From positions 640,562,558 through 640,626,557 of the forward strand of contig NC_133619.1 of NCBI RefSeq assembly GCF_048593235.1: a stretch of DNA of 64,000 nucleotides, read 5' to 3'. Shown here piece by piece: positions 23,261 to 36,988 of the stretch. The notes under the pieces were generated by a model. The model worked only from the letters and a program-made list of their open reading frames with translations. It did no database searches and had not been told where the DNA came from. Source of the stretch: Sminthopsis crassicaudata. Taxonomy: Eukaryota. The position numbers were made by a program, and so were the translations under genes. The stretch's first letter is position 1. Each line of letters begins with the position of its first letter.

Positions 23261-24979
23261 TCCCCATGCCCACATGATGAATCTCTAGTGGAGAGTCAGT
23301 ACTAGAATTCAGGGCTTCCGATTCCCAGAAGAGTCTATCTCTCCCATCACCGCTGGCCTTTCACTGTGTTCTTTTGGCAGAAAGTTTACTTATAAAATGA
23401 AGGCAATGCCCTGAAGGCATCCACCCTGGGAGCCAGAAGTTAGGAGACTTCTCTCTTCTCTGGGACTCTATGAGCCTTTCGTTCTGAGATCTAAGACTCT
23501 GTGTGAGCGATTCTAGAGCCCACAAGGTTCAGATTCTGGAGCTTATGGTCGCAGGCTTAAGAGTAATGGCCTTTCCATATCCCCAAAGCTGTGCTTGTCC
23601 AGCTCCCAGGCTTCAGATTTCAGAGCTCGTGATGAGAGGAGTTCTCATCTGTTCTCAGAGCCTCGTTCTCCAAGGTGGAGAGAGTTGATTCCCATCCTAG
23701 CCCAGACTTCACAGGAAGAAGCTAGAACTCGGTTATCTTTTCCGGTTCTGGAGCCTGAATGCAACTCTCTGCTTTGCAAGTCTGTGACTCGGAGGGCTTA
23801 AGTCTAAGACTCAAGGCTAGGCTCCTCAAGCTTTGATTTTTGTACAGTCGGTGACTGCCAGTGGCAGAACTCATGGTTCTGTGAAGATCTAAGTCCCGTG
23901 GACATTGTGACAGGCCGGCCAGCAGATGGGAGGAAACGATAGGGGTTTGCAAGACTGGAGAAGGAATGCGGAATTGCCGAGAAAAGCAGTGTGGGGTGTC
24001 TCTGGGACAGTCCTCAGAGACTTCTGCCAGAGACCTCGGGGCACTGGGTGCTTTGGACCTGTGCCTGGAGCCACCTGGGCCCTGAAAAGCAAGAGAACCT
24101 AGATTTGGAAGGGGGCCTGGAACCTGGATGTTTGAACTGGAAAGGATGATAGAACTCCTTAAGGGACCTTAGGATAGAATGCCAGAACGTAGGATGTTAA
24201 ATAGAGTCTCAAAGAGAATTTGGACTATGAATTGTTAGAGCCAGCACGATGTCAGGAGGAGCGAGAACCCAGGATGTCAGAGCTGGGAAAGACAGGAGAC
24301 TTCTCTTGGTCTGCTCAAGTTAGAGAGGGAAACTGGGGCCCAGACGGGATGAGGGACTTGGCAAGAACCTACCACGAGTCAGGGGCACAGGTGAGACTAG
24401 ACAAATCCAGTTCTCCCGGCCAGCGACAGCTTAGGGCCCTTTCCATGGCAACAGATCTCATACCTAGAACACTCAACCCAGATGGATTTTAGGCTCAGCA
24501 AGTACATAGTAGGCACCTCTTCACTGGCCCCATCAGGAGACCCCCTCAGGGCCCCCTCCCCCACTAGTCTCCATGTCTTTGAAGGGCTATGGACCTGTCA
24601 GAGAGGAGGCTAAGGCACAGTGGAGATCCCCGAGGATGACAGAACCACAGGGTATCTGAGATGGAAGAGATCTTGGAACATGGAGTATCAATATGGAAGG
24701 GAGCTTAGAACATAGTGGAGGCATTTGTCAGAGGGCGAAACCTACACAATGGGGGAACTTGTGTCAGTGCCAGAGGACCAGAAGGGAAGGGACTTGTCCA
24801 AGGTCACCCAGGTAAGTGGGTACCGGAGCTGAGAGCTGATCCCTGCTCTCTAGCCTCCGAGTCTAGTGGTCTTTCGGCTCCTCCCCAGCTTCTTCCCAGT
24901 GTGGGAATGAGTGGCTCTGCTCGGTGCCTCTGGCGCTGACACAAGTTCCCCCTTTGTGCGTTCCCTCACATCCACCTTC

Positions 24980-27200
24980 ATCCAACCCCAGCGTCTCGGG
25001 CTCGGACCCTGATCTGGGGGGGTGGGGGGGGACCAGGGGGGCAGGGGTCAAGGGAGGACACGCGTGAAGCAGGGGCCCCGAGGCCGGGGATGCAGAGGGT
25101 AGGGATGGGGAAGGCAGAGAGCAGAGATGGGGGACGGGAGAGATGGAGGGGGACAAAGGGGGGGAGAGGACGGGAAAGGAGAGGGGGAGAAGGCCGAGGC
25201 AGAGACCGGGATCTGACTCCCGGGAGGGAGGAGATGGAGAAGGATGAGGGGGACCGAGGGACGAGGGGACAGCGGGCCAGGGACAGTTCGGGAGGCAGGG
25301 TGGGCGACGGGGATGGGGAAGCCCGACAAAGACGGGCCTCTTTGTCCCGGGGCCTGCGTGGCGGTGCGGGGATGGTGCTGGGGGAGAGGGGGCTGCCGCA
25401 TCCCTCCCTCCGGAACTCCGCTCCCCTTCTCCCTCCGGACCCCGAGCAGAGCCTCGGACCCCCGGAGCGGGACGCGCCGCCTCCCCCCCACCCGTCCTGC
25501 GGCTCCGGGCTCCGGCTCCTTCCTTTGTCGGGGGTGTGTGGCGGCGGGGGCGGGGAGAGGCGCGAGACTGGGGCGCAAGCGGGGAGGGCGCCCGAGATCC
25601 GAAGCGGAGCCGAGAGGGCTCGGGCGCAGCGCGGAGGGGAACGGGCAGGGATGCGAGCCCGGGGAGGGACGAGCGCCGCCGGGAGCACAGGAAATTCGGA
25701 AGGGGAGCGGGCGGGCGGGGGGACCGCGAGCCGGGAGGGACCGCGGAGGGGCTGGGGGGAGTGCGCCAGACGAGGGATGGAGGAAACGGGGGGCGCGAGA
25801 CGGGGGTGCAGCGCGGAGCGGGCGCGGGGAACGGCAGTGGGGGGGAGGAGGGGACCGGAGCGGGGGGGGGGGGCAGGCCGGGACGCGGAAAGGGCAGAGC
25901 GGGGTCTGCGCGGCCGGGGATGCTCGCGGAGCTCGGGCCGCGGGGAGGGGGGGCGTGGGGGTCTGCGGATACATCGCATTGTTCTGGCCTTTGCAGCAGC
26001 GGTGACCGTCCTCCCTCCCGTCCGCCCTCTCCCCCCGCTCGGCGCCCCGAGCCGGCTCCTACCTGTCCCGGCCGCGGCCGCCCAGACCAGCAGCAGCGGC
26101 CACGGGAACGCGCGGGCCGGGCCCATGGTGCCGCCGCGCCGCCGCCGCCGTCCGCCGCTCGCTCCCGGCCCGCTCCTTCCCCTCCCTCCCTACCCTCCCT
26201 CCCTCCCCGCCGCTGGCTTGCTCCGGCCCCGCACCTGCACCGCCCGGCCCGGCCCGCCCCCTACCGCCTAATGAGAGCGCGGGCGGAGGCCTGGGAGCCC
26301 AGAAAGGGGGGGGGGAGGCCGGGGACAAAGTTGGGGGAGGAGGATCGGAGGATCACAGGGTTTACGGCTGGCGGGGAGTTCTGAGGTCACTTAGTCAGCC
26401 TCCTTCACTTTAGGGGAGTTTGCCTGAAAGGCACAGGGGAAAGTGACTTATCCAAGGTCACACAGCCCGTACGCTGCCGTCTCCATGGTCTTTCCCCCGT
26501 TGTTATTAGCGGAAGAGTCTCGAGCTGTCAGAGCTGGAGGAGTCCCCCGGACGCCGCGGGAGGTCCCTGAGACCACCGAAAGTCAAGGTCTCCGAGTCCA
26601 CGACCGGGACCGCGGGGCACGGCCGGCCCGGACACGGCCGGGGAACTGCAGGGAGCGAGAGGAGGGCCGAGGGGGAGGGCAGCCTGGGAGATGGGGATGA
26701 AGGCACGCGGCGGGGCAGCGGCCGGAGCGGGGCCGCGGGGAGCGGGCCCCCGCGGGCGGACCGCAGCGCCGCCGGCTCGAGCCCCGGGGCCGGGAACCTC
26801 CTCCGGGAGGAAAACGGCGTCTCTAACCGCGCCGGGGATCGCGAGCCGCTCCTCCGCGGGGACGCTCTCCGGCCCGGGGCCTCTTTCCCTGCGGGGAACC
26901 CAAGGGCTCCGCGGCCCGGGGCCCCCCAGCACAGAGCACGCCGCCGGGGAGGACGCCCCCGGCGAGGAGGAGAGCACGCCGCGGGGGGGGACTCCCGCCC
27001 CGCCCCTGGCACTAGCGACCCCTGAGAAGGAAGGGGCAGCCCCGTCCCACCCCTGCCTTTAGAGGCAGACGCGTGTCCGCCCCGCAGGTGGGCGCCAGGG
27101 CCGTGCCCTCCCGCCCCTCTAACCCGGCGCATTGGTCCCTGCAGTGTGGCACACCTGTGCGCCCCGCCCCTCCGAGCCCGGATTCTGTCCGCTCTCCGCA
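24980..27200 (-). promoter_or_regulatory. CADM4: CpG island spanning the CADM4 promoter and exon 1
   Basis: Extreme GC and CpG density, multiple GC boxes around the ATG at 26126. Confidence 0.85.
26063..26126 (-). CDS. CADM4: CADM4 exon 1 (signal peptide)
   Basis: MGPARAFPWPLLLVWAAAAGT+G|gtagg. The nine exons sum to 1167 nt, 388 aa. Confidence 0.97.
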
Positions 27201-27279
27201 CTGACGAACCCAGGTGTTGTCATGGGAACGTTCACTTGGCCTTTTTTATTTTCCCCTTTACTATTTATTAATAGATGGC

Positions 27280-28215
27280 AGTGGACAAGAATTCCTAGTC
27301 TGGAGACAGGAAGACCCGAGTTCAAACACCTACTAGTATGAGCACGGCCAAGTTATTTAACCAATGTCTGCCTCGGTTTACTCAACTGTAAAATGGGGAT
27401 AATAGTATGAGCATGGCCAAGTTACTTAACCAATTCTACCTCGGTTTACTCAATTGTAAATGGAGATAATAGTATGAGCATGGCCAAGTTATTTAACTAA
27501 TTCTACCTCAGTTTACTCAACTGTAAAATAGGAATAATAGAATGAGCATGGCCAAGTTATTAACCAATATCTGCCTCAGTTTACTCAACTGTAAAATAGG
27601 AATAATAGAATGAGCATGTCCAAGTTATTAACCAATGTCTGCCTCAGTTTACTCAACTGTAAAATAGGAATAATAGAATGAGCATGTCCAAGTTATTAAC
27701 CAGTGTCTTCCTCAGTTTACTCAACTGTAAAATGGGGATAATAGTATGAGCATGGTCAAGTTATTAACCAATGTCTGCCTCAGTTTACTCAATTGTAAAT
27801 GGAGATAATAGTATGAGCATAGTCAAGTTATTAACTAATGTCTGCCTCAGTTTACTCCATTGTAAAATGGAGATAATAGTATGAGCATAGTCAAGTTATT
27901 AACCAATGTCTGCCTCAGTTTACTCCATTGTAAAATGGAGATTAAATAGTATAAGCATAGTCAAGTTATTAACCAATGTCTGCCTCAGTTTACTCAACTA
28001 TAAAATGGAGATAATAATAGTATGTGCATGGTCAAGTTAACCAATGTCTGCTCAGTTTATTCAACTGTAAAATGGGGATAATAACAGTATGAGCATGGCC
28101 AAGCTACTTAACCAATGTCTGCTCAGTTTACTCAACTGTAAAATGGGGATAATAATATCGGGGTTGTTATGAGGATCAAATATTTGTAAAGTACTAGCAC
28201 ACAGTAGATGCTCAC
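27280..28215 (+). repeat. MIR-type SINE with its ~68-bp core amplified in tandem about 12 times
   Basis: SINE head with B box gagttcaaac; 12 units of agtatgagcatggccaagttattaaccaatgtctgcctcagtttactcaactgtaaaatggggataat; then the SINE tail gggttgttatgaggatcaaa. Confidence 0.9.
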
Positions 28216-28329
28216 TACTAGTCCCCCCTCGGCTTTTCTCTTCCCTTAATTACATGGCTTTGCTATGAATTAGTTGTGTCTTGGGCTCCTTAATAAGGGG
28301 ACTCATGAGCAAATGAGTACTCTCATTCA

Positions 28330-30050
28330 CCTGGAATAGCTTGAGGGACCTTTGCAGGGATTCTCTCAACCATGAAAGGGACCTTAGTACTCAGAACACA
28401 GGATGTTATCTCTAGAATATGGCACTAAGGGACTCAGTGTGGAGGAAGGGTGGGAACTGACAAGTACACAGATAAGAACAATGTAAAATGGAATATAATG
28501 GGGACAAAGGAGAGATCCTGAAATAGACAAGGAAAAGTTGAAAAGAAAGAGAACTTTTACAATCTAAAGATATCAGGGAAAATGTCACAGGGGAAGTGAG
28601 TCTTGAAGAAAGGGAAGGATGCTGGTAAGTGGAAATGAAGTGTGAGCTAGACTTGGGGAACAGCGTATATAAAGCTCCAGAGCTGGGGCTGGACTTCAAT
28701 GTGAAGCCACATAAGAGAAAAAAAAAATTACATGTCATATCATTTGGCTAGAACATGTGAAGAAGAGCAGAAGTTAAGATGGAAAAAATGAGTTGATGAT
28801 AATGTGGAAGACCCAGAATGCCAGATTAAGGAAGTTGTTTTTTTTTATCCTAGAGGCAATAGGGAGCTACTGAAATTTTGGAACAGAAAGTGATATGGTC
28901 AGAATTATGCAGGTAAGAGGCTCTTTCAGTAGTCGAAAAGAGAGGGGATGAGGGACTGAACTAGGTGGTGATGAGGAAGGCATGGAGTAGAAGCCCCAAG
29001 AATTGGTATCTGATCAGCTATGGGAGGTGAGAAGAAGAGAAAGTCAAGGATGACCCGGAAGTCATCAACTTGGTGACTGGGAGGATGGGCTGCTCTGAAT
29101 AGAAATAGGAAAATAAAACAATATTAGAGGTATAAGAAACCTAGTCCAATTCCCTCATTTTACACGTTGAAGAAGTGAGATCCAGAAATGAGAAAATGTC
29201 TTCTCCAAGGTCAACAGAGCCATGGTTTGATCTCAGGTCTTTTGGCCCAGGGTTTTTCCTTTATTTCATGATGGGAGACTCAAGGGTGAGTGTACAAGGA
29301 CTGAAATATAAGAAGGAATCAATGGGAATTTTATAAGAAGTTTAATGTGATTAACAAGATCCTGGAGGAGGATTGAAGGAGAGATAGTAAATTTAAGGAC
29401 TCATGGGCAAAAGGTTACAAAGGCAAGGCAGAGAGTTTGTCACAGATCAGTATGTAAAAGAGTGAGTGAGGAAAAAGGTAAAGACATGGGACAGTGTGAA
29501 GAGAGTGTTCTAAAGAATGTGAAAGGAGGGGCAGTTAGGTGGCGCAGTGGATAGAGCACCAGCCTTGAATTCAGGAGGACCTGAGTTCAAATGTGGTCTC
29601 AGACACTTAACATTTCCTAGCTGTGTGACCCTGAGCAAGTCACTTAACCCCAGCCTCAGGGGAAAAAAAAAGTGAAAGAGTCAGATGTGCATGGGGAAAA
29701 GTGGGTGAAATATGGAGTATGTCAGTGTGATGGAGCTAAGTGTGTGAGAGGGTAAGAGGGTGGTTCCAGACTGGGTGTATAAGTTGTAGCAATTGGATTA
29801 TTTAAGGGTGGTGGTGAGTGAAAGCCTTGAATATGAAAGAAAAGAAATATTTGAGAGGTGACTGTGCAATTCTCTGTGAATTAGATTAATTGAATTAGAG
29901 AAACTAAGAATTAAAAGGGAATAGGGTGAAACTGAGAGGGACTGAATGGGTAAGGATTGCATGGCTGATTGTAGGAATAATTGTGAGAGTAAGGCAGTGA
30001 TTGTCCCATGGGGGCTATTTCGAGTGTGAAAGTGAGAGGTAAGGGCTAAG
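28330..30050 (-). mobile_element. Old L2-like LINE fragments interrupted by SINEs
   Basis: Purine-rich degenerate sequence with L2-type phrases (e.g. gaggcaatagggagctactgaa). Boundaries approximate. Confidence 0.45.
29528..29671 (+). mobile_element. WSINE1-like SINE
   Basis: A and B boxes, A tail, gtgaaag flanking duplication. Confidence 0.9.
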
Positions 30051-30253
30051 GCTATCCCACTGTACTCACTGCCTTAGCTCAAGGTATCAAAGATCTAGTG
30101 GCACTTCCCTCCAAAATAGTCACCAGGGAAGATACCCTTGTCTCATCTGATCCCTGGCCCACCAAGAGGGATGAATCCTGGGGTACCAAGAAAGATTTAG
30201 ATATAGCTTCCTTCTCCCCTAATTTTAGAAAGTCTAGTCTTGGCTTCCTCGGA

Positions 30254-30338
30254 GCACCATGGGAGATGTAGTTCTATCTTTTCAGGGCATTATAGGAGGT
30301 GTAGTCCAATTTACCATGGTCTCATGGGAAATGTAGTC
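30254..30338 (-). promoter_or_regulatory. Three ACTACAnnTCC(C/T)A motifs (ZNF143/THAP11-type) at ~33-bp spacing
   Basis: Plus-strand gcaccatgggagatgtagtt, gcattataggaggtgtagtc, tctcatgggaaatgtagtc. Confidence 0.5.
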
Positions 30339-33300
30339 TATGAGTATTCAAAAAACAAAACAATAACAAGCAAAAAACTTAGCTACTTATAATGCTTTCT
30401 AAGACCAACTAGACTCTTTTGTCTCGGGCTCTTTCTGCTCTGAACCTTGGGAGTGATGCTCTCTCTTCCTGCAATTTTCTGGAAATGTCCATAGCCCATG
30501 CTTGCACCACCTAGGTATAAGACCCTCCCCTATCAATACCCAGTGTCTTCCTAACTCTCCTGTAATGGATGAAAAATCCAAACCAGGGAACTTGACTGAG
30601 AATCTTTCCTTTCCTGTAAAGCCCATGAACTTTAACCAGCTGCTGCAGTGACCTTTAACAACTGCTCTGTCTTGAAATCTGTTCCATTTCAGTCCCAACC
30701 CAGAGGAATGATGAAGAATTTTGGAAGGTTGGTACCAATAGCAACATCTCTGAAGGAGACACCCATGAGAGGTCTGTGATCTGAAGGGACCAGTGACTAA
30801 CCCCTGAGACACCAGTCTTCTAGGTATCTGTATTTTGGCCTCCGGGTTGTATCTCATGCATTTTCTGTGGTTGGTGAAATAAAAGTTGTCCCTTACACGA
30901 TACCCATATTATACTGAGTACTTTTGCTTAAAGGACGTTTGCCCACATTTAACAAGTCTTAGACATGAGCCATGGCTAAGCTTTGTTTTTATAGCACTTG
31001 CTCTGAAATAATTATGCCAACGATTTGGTACCCAGCTGCAGGCATTCAATATCTCACTCTGGAGGGCTAAGAGATGCTTTCCTGATACCGTGGCTCGTGA
31101 ACCTCAACCTCCCACCGGGATAATCAGTTGATATGAATTAGCCAGACAGATTCAGCTTTTAGGAAAGGATATTTACTAAGGTTTTGGTATTGCCACATCC
31201 CCCTCCCCAAAGCAGAGGTATCCTCTTCTACTGGTACATATGTAGTTTAAGAAAATGTAAGCTTAAGTTCAGAAGGTGTTAGGCAAAAGGAGTCACTCGA
31301 AGCTTCTGAATGTCCCTTTGCTGGGATATTCTCTGTCTACCTCTCTATTACAGGAGTCTTTAAAATGTTCCCCTGGGACATGGCAGGTATGGGATTTCCA
31401 TTAGCTTCTTTGTAGAGCCTTGAATCAGAGTCCAGACTATTCTTTGCTCAAGATACACTCCAACTGACCATTCATCACCATTTTAACAGAGTCCCTACAT
31501 CAATAGACTGGAAGCTCATGGGATATTCCTTGGTTAAAGAGGGGAGGAGAGACCGAGAGTCTGCTTTCTCAGACAGTTAGTGATCTTTTCTTTCCACTTC
31601 TGTGAATCTCTTGACTTTGGAACTACCTGGTTTTATATATACTCATGGAGTGGGGCCAAATATTCCCAGCCATTCTGACCCCTCTTCCTAGGGAATGAAT
31701 GGCTTTGTCTAAAGCCTATGACTGATTGATTGAATGAGATTGAGATATCAGAGCTTCCCATTATATTGCTTATTTCAAGTGGGATATGGTGATTTGGTTG
31801 ATTTCCCTAAACTTATACAGATATTTCCCTGGAGATTACTCTTGATTGGTAGCAACGAGCCAAAGCCAGGAACTGACTCTGTTAGAGATTGGGCCCTCAG
31901 GACCAAGCCTAGGTTAGTTATAGGCCCAGAGTCCTTGGGGAGGCCCTGACTCACAGAATATACAAGACAGTATTCTACCAGCCTCACCGCTCTTTGATCT
32001 CACATCACCAGCTGCTCAGTGGATACCTCCATTGGGTTGTCCCACAGGCATTTCAAACTCACCATATTGTAAAGTGACTCAATCTTTATCCCAAATCCAG
32101 CCTTCCTGGAAATTTCATTGTTTCTATTGTTTCAGCATTTGTTAAGGGGATACCACATCCAGGAAACTTTATTATAGGCTAAAAATAAAATAGAGCTGAT
32201 CTTCAAGGAGCTTATATCCTACTTAGGGGAAAGAACATGTGAACAAAAGTTAAATTCAAATTATAAGATGAGGAAGATTGCAGTAGACTCAAGCTATTTT
32301 TCTTCCTATTTGTATTCCAAATTCTTAGTCCAGTGCCTGGCAGGTAGTAGGCGCTTAATAAATACTTATTGTATTTTATTATTGAAGATCAGAAAAGACT
32401 CCAAAGGGGAGGCAGCCCTTCAAATGAGACCTGAAGTGAAGAAATCATTCCATAAAGTAGATGTGAAAGAGGAGAGCACAACAGAGGAACAAAGTTGATA
32501 GTCAATAAACATTTATTAAACTCCTACTAAGCCAGTGGATGGAAACAAAATATTATGTGTGACCAGGAAGCAGGCCAATGTAAATAGAATCTAGGGAGTG
32601 AGAAGGACTAATGTGACACATCAGACTGGAAAGACAAGTTGGAGTCAGATCACAAAAGGCTAAAGCCTTGTCAAAATGTCAAAATGGAGGAGTTTGTATT
32701 TAATTAAAATTTTTTCCACAATATTTTATTTACCCAATTATATGGAGAAACAATTTAAGCATTAGATTTTATAATATTTTATTTCCTCCCAATTACATGT
32801 TAAAATAAAAATTTAAGCTTTTAAATAAAGTTTTGAGTTCCAAATAATATCCATCCTTTCCTTCTTCCCTCCCCTCCCTCCTTTTGGAGGAGGTAAGCAA
32901 TCATTATAGTTTACATACACACAATCATGTAAAACATTTCTGTGTTAGTCATTTTTATTTTTTAGTTGAGTTCCAAATTTATGTCTTCCCTCCCCTCAGC
33001 TGTCCTTGAAAGTTTAAGCAATCTGTTTGTATTTAATTATTGAGGCAATAGGGAGCCTTTGAAAGTTCCTGAGCAGAGGAATAACATGAACAGATTTTGA
33101 TATTTGATATTTGATGTCTGGGTAGAGCATAGATTAGAAAAGAAAGAGACCTAAATAATCATTTTATTAAAAAGAAAATACAGCAAAAATTTCCACTTTT
33201 TTTTTTGTGGGTACTATGCTGTTTTCCGCCATTTATTGTCATAACTTTGGTATCATTTTTGACTCTTCCTTGTCCTTCACTCCTCATATCCCATCAGTTA

Positions 33301-33424
33301 CCAGATCTTATCACTTCCATTTCTACAACAATTCTCACACTCTTGCCTAGCAATGGGGCCACCACTTTCCAATAACTGAGGTCCTTTTTTTTTCTTTTGC
33401 TTGGATGACTACCTTAGTTTCTTA

Positions 33425-33582
33425 TTTTTTTTTTTTCTTTTTTTTTGCTGAGGCAATTGGGGTTAAGTGACTTGCCCAGGGTCACACAGTTAGGAAGTCT
33501 TAAGTGTCTGAGGTCAGATTTGAACTCAGGTCCTCCTGACTTCAGGGCTGGTGCTCTATCCACTGCGCCACCTAACCGCCCC
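33425..33582 (-). mobile_element. WSINE1-like SINE with perfect 18-bp TSD
   Basis: gactaccttagtttctta at 33407-33424 and 33583-33600. Confidence 0.93.
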
Positions 33583-34423
33583 GACTACCTTAGTTTCTTA
33601 ATTGTTCTCCTGGTTCTGGTCTCTGCCTTTTCCATCCATTTTCCATACAACTGCCAACATTACCTTCTTAAGGCACAGATCTGACCAGGGCCAATTGAGA
33701 CCAATTAGGAAATCTTAATTGGCTGCCCATTGCCTCTGGAATAAAATAGAAAGTGCTCAGCTTGGTATTTAAGGCCCTCCACCCACTTTTCTAAATTTCT
33801 TTATTCCCCCTTCTTGAAATCTGCTTTCCAGCTAACCACTATTTGCTGGACTCATGATTTCATCTACGTTCTGTGTCTTTACTCTAACTCCCTTCCCCCA
33901 TTTAGAAACAATTCTATTTTAAAAACATCCATGAAAATCAGTCAATAAACATTTATTAAACACCTACTGTGTGCCAGGAAGAGAGAGGTTGCCTATGAAA
34001 TTACAACTCTACATTATATGCAGATTGCTTTTATTTTTGTATATATAAAATTGCTTTTTCACTTTAGGTTTTAAATAAATTGCTTACTTTAAGTATGCAT
34101 CAAATTCACCACATTCTTTTCAAAATACAGTGATTTCTCCTTTTCTTCTATGCATTTCAAATATAAGCCAGTAGGTGGCGCAGTGGATAGCACATTGGGT
34201 CCGGAGTCAGAAAAATCTGAATTCAAATATGACTTTGGCTATTTCCTGGCTTTGTGGATCTGGGCACATCACCTAATGCCCCTCAACCTCTATTTATTCA
34301 TTTTAAAGTGGGGTACTAACAGCGCCCATCTCACATATATAAATTTATATTTATAGCATATATAAATTTAGTGCTTTGCTAACCTTAACATAGTATATAA
34401 ATGCTAGCTGTTGTTATAATTAG

Positions 34424-34442
34424 TGGCCACTAGGTGGCGCCC
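34424..34442 (+). promoter_or_regulatory. Near-consensus CTCF motif
   Basis: TGGCCACTAGGTGGCGCCC, lying among SINE remnants. Confidence 0.6.
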
Positions 34443-35319
34443 ACATTACTTCCAGGACCTGGAATTGGGAAGACTTGAGTTCAAATCCGAGCTCAGACAC
34501 TTAGCCATGTACCCCTGGACAAGTCACTTCACCTTGTTTTCCTCGTCTCTTAGATGAGCTGGAGAAAGAGATGGCAAACCATTCCAGTATTTTTTTGCCA
34601 AGAAAATCTTAAACGGAGTCACGAGGAGTTGGATCTGACTGAAACAACTGAGGAGTAACGTTCCAGTTAAAAATGTTTTGGGTCTCTAAAATGTTATGGT
34701 CTCAGACTATTCCCCCATTCCTGGAATTGTCTTTCCCATTATTTCTTCCTTTTAACATTTCTATCCTCCTTGAAGAACTCAGTATGGACGCCTCCTCTGT
34801 GAAGCCTTCCCTGATCATCCACAACTGTGGGAGTAAGACCGGGAGGGTCCTATCCTGCCATGTATGCAGCAAGAATACATTTTCATTGAATCAATCATGG
34901 GGAAGAACAAGGCCTGGGCAATGAATGAATCAATCAAAAGACATTTCAACTAGGTCTGGTGGGATTTTTAGGGGACTTGGGCATACTTGGGAGAAAGAGG
35001 AGGAACTTTTATAAAAACAATGAGCTAGTATTCTGGTACTGACCTGCATAAAGTCCCCAAGGAAAGCTGTTCCAGCCAAGCCCCTGAGAAGGAATTGTTT
35101 GGTGCTTGGTTGGGGGAGAGGGGTAGGGAGTAGGAGCCTTGACCTTGGTCTCCTAGACTCCTAGTTTGGACAGATGCAGGGTCCTATAGGAGTCCTATAG
35201 TCCTAGCAGCATCTGTGGAATAACTGACCCAGTGTCTGCCTATGGAGCTGAAGATAAGCTAGATGCACTGAAAAAGTCAACTTTAAGACCCTACAGGAAG
35301 GGCAGCTAGGTGACGCAGT

Positions 35320-35470
35320 GGATAGAGCACCAGCCCTGAATTCAGGAGGACCCGAGTTCAAATCTGGTCCCAGACACTTAACACTTCCTAGCTATGTGAC
35401 CCTGGGCAAGTCACTTAACCCCAGCTCAAAAAAACCAAACAAACAAAAAAACCAAAACAAAACAAAAAAA
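35320..35470 (+). mobile_element. WSINE1-like SINE
   Basis: gggcagctaggtgacgcagtggatagagcacc...gagttcaaatc...A-rich tail. Confidence 0.9.
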
Positions 35471-36748
35471 AGACTCTACAGGAAGGCCATCTAGGTGGCG
35501 CCATAGTGGATGGAGAGCTGGCCTGGAGTCAGGAAGACTCAACTTCCTGAGTTCAAGTGCGACTTCAGACACTTAGAAGCTGTGTAACCCTGGTCATGTC
35601 CCGCACTCCCCCATTACAAGAGCCCAGCAGAAAAGCTGCACCATGCCCAATGGGGCAGGTACATCCCAGCAGGAGGACTTTGCCATATGTGCTCTAGAAG
35701 CCTAAATCCCCTCTCTCTTGAACTCTATATATACCGGTGGAAAAACTTGTGGGGAGACATGTTTAATACCAACTGTCCAACTGTAGTAAACATTTGTTTC
35801 AAAAATCTAACCGTCTGACTGACTTAATGAATTTGACTCTTGGTGACCCCAATTTGGGAGTGATTTTCCTTTTCTTTGTCCAACTTATTTTACAGATGGG
35901 GAAACTGAGGCAGAGTTAAGGAATTTGCTTAGGATTACACAGCTGGTCAGTGTTTGAGTCTAGATTTGAACTCAGGAAAATGAGTCTTCCTGATTCCAAG
36001 ACTGGCACTCTAGTGATTGTACCATCTAAGCACCATTTCAGAGCTAGAATCCAGAGGGAGAAATAATAGCATGTACGTGCAAGTTGGATTTTAGAAAAGA
36101 GTCCCAGATCATGGATGATTTATGTCTATCTATGGACATGTAAGCTCCCTGAGGGCAAGGGTTATTTTTTCATCTTAGTCTCTATTGCCTTATTCCAGTG
36201 CCTTGCACACAGTAGGCACATAGTAGCACAATAATATTTTTGTCTTGGAGACTGGATCCTTTTACAGCTTTAGTGTGTATAACCTTGGCCAAGTAGAAAT
36301 GGAAGTCAATGCTTCTTCTCCACCTGTCTTGAAGCAATCAATCAACCAGGGCTCGAGCATTTATTATTAAATCTCTACTACGTGCCAGGAAAAAAAACAA
36401 AGTTGCCTTCAAATACCACAGGAGGTATAAAGGCCACGATTGAATGAATCTATCATTCATCCAGCCCACTTAAAGTAATTTTGTTAATTTGGTGAGAACA
36501 TATCCATTGAATTAAGTTATCAGTGAGAAGTGGACTAGGTGAGAAGACTTCTTAATCAGTGTAGAGGGAGTGAAAGGCATTCCAGGAAATGAAATGATGC
36601 TAGAGAAGTGTAGTGGGCTCCACTGAGGAGATGTAGTCATGCTTGGTGGGGTTTGGCTAAAATGATGAGCTGATCTGGAGCCTAGAACAGAGAGTGGAGG
36701 ATCAGCCCTGCAGGAGAGAACAGTTCCCTCCTCCCTGAAGGAATTTCT

Positions 36749-36988
36749 NNNNNNNNNNNNNNNNNNNNNNNNNNNNNNNNNNNNNNNNNNNNNNNNNNNN
36801 NNNNNNNNNNNNNNNNNNNNNNNNNNNNNNNNNNNNNNNNNNNNNNNNNNNNNNNNNNNNNNNNNNNNNNNNNNNNNNNNNNNNNNNNNNNNNNNNNNNN
36901 NNNNNNNNNNNNNNNNNNNNNNNNNNNNNNNNNNNNNNNNNNNNNNNNNNNNNNNNNNNNNNNNNNNNNNNNNNNNNNNNNNNNNNNN
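36749..36988. other. Assembly gap
   Basis: Run of N. Confidence 1.

Noticed and set aside
24978-27201. Many long ORFs (up to 393 aa) around CADM4 exon 1
   Set aside because: CpG-island artefacts; only the first 21 codons of the 26126 ORF are coding.
27335-28155. CRISPR-like appearance of the regular array
   Set aside because: Eukaryotic DNA, head-to-tail units with no unique spacers, and the unit is a SINE core.
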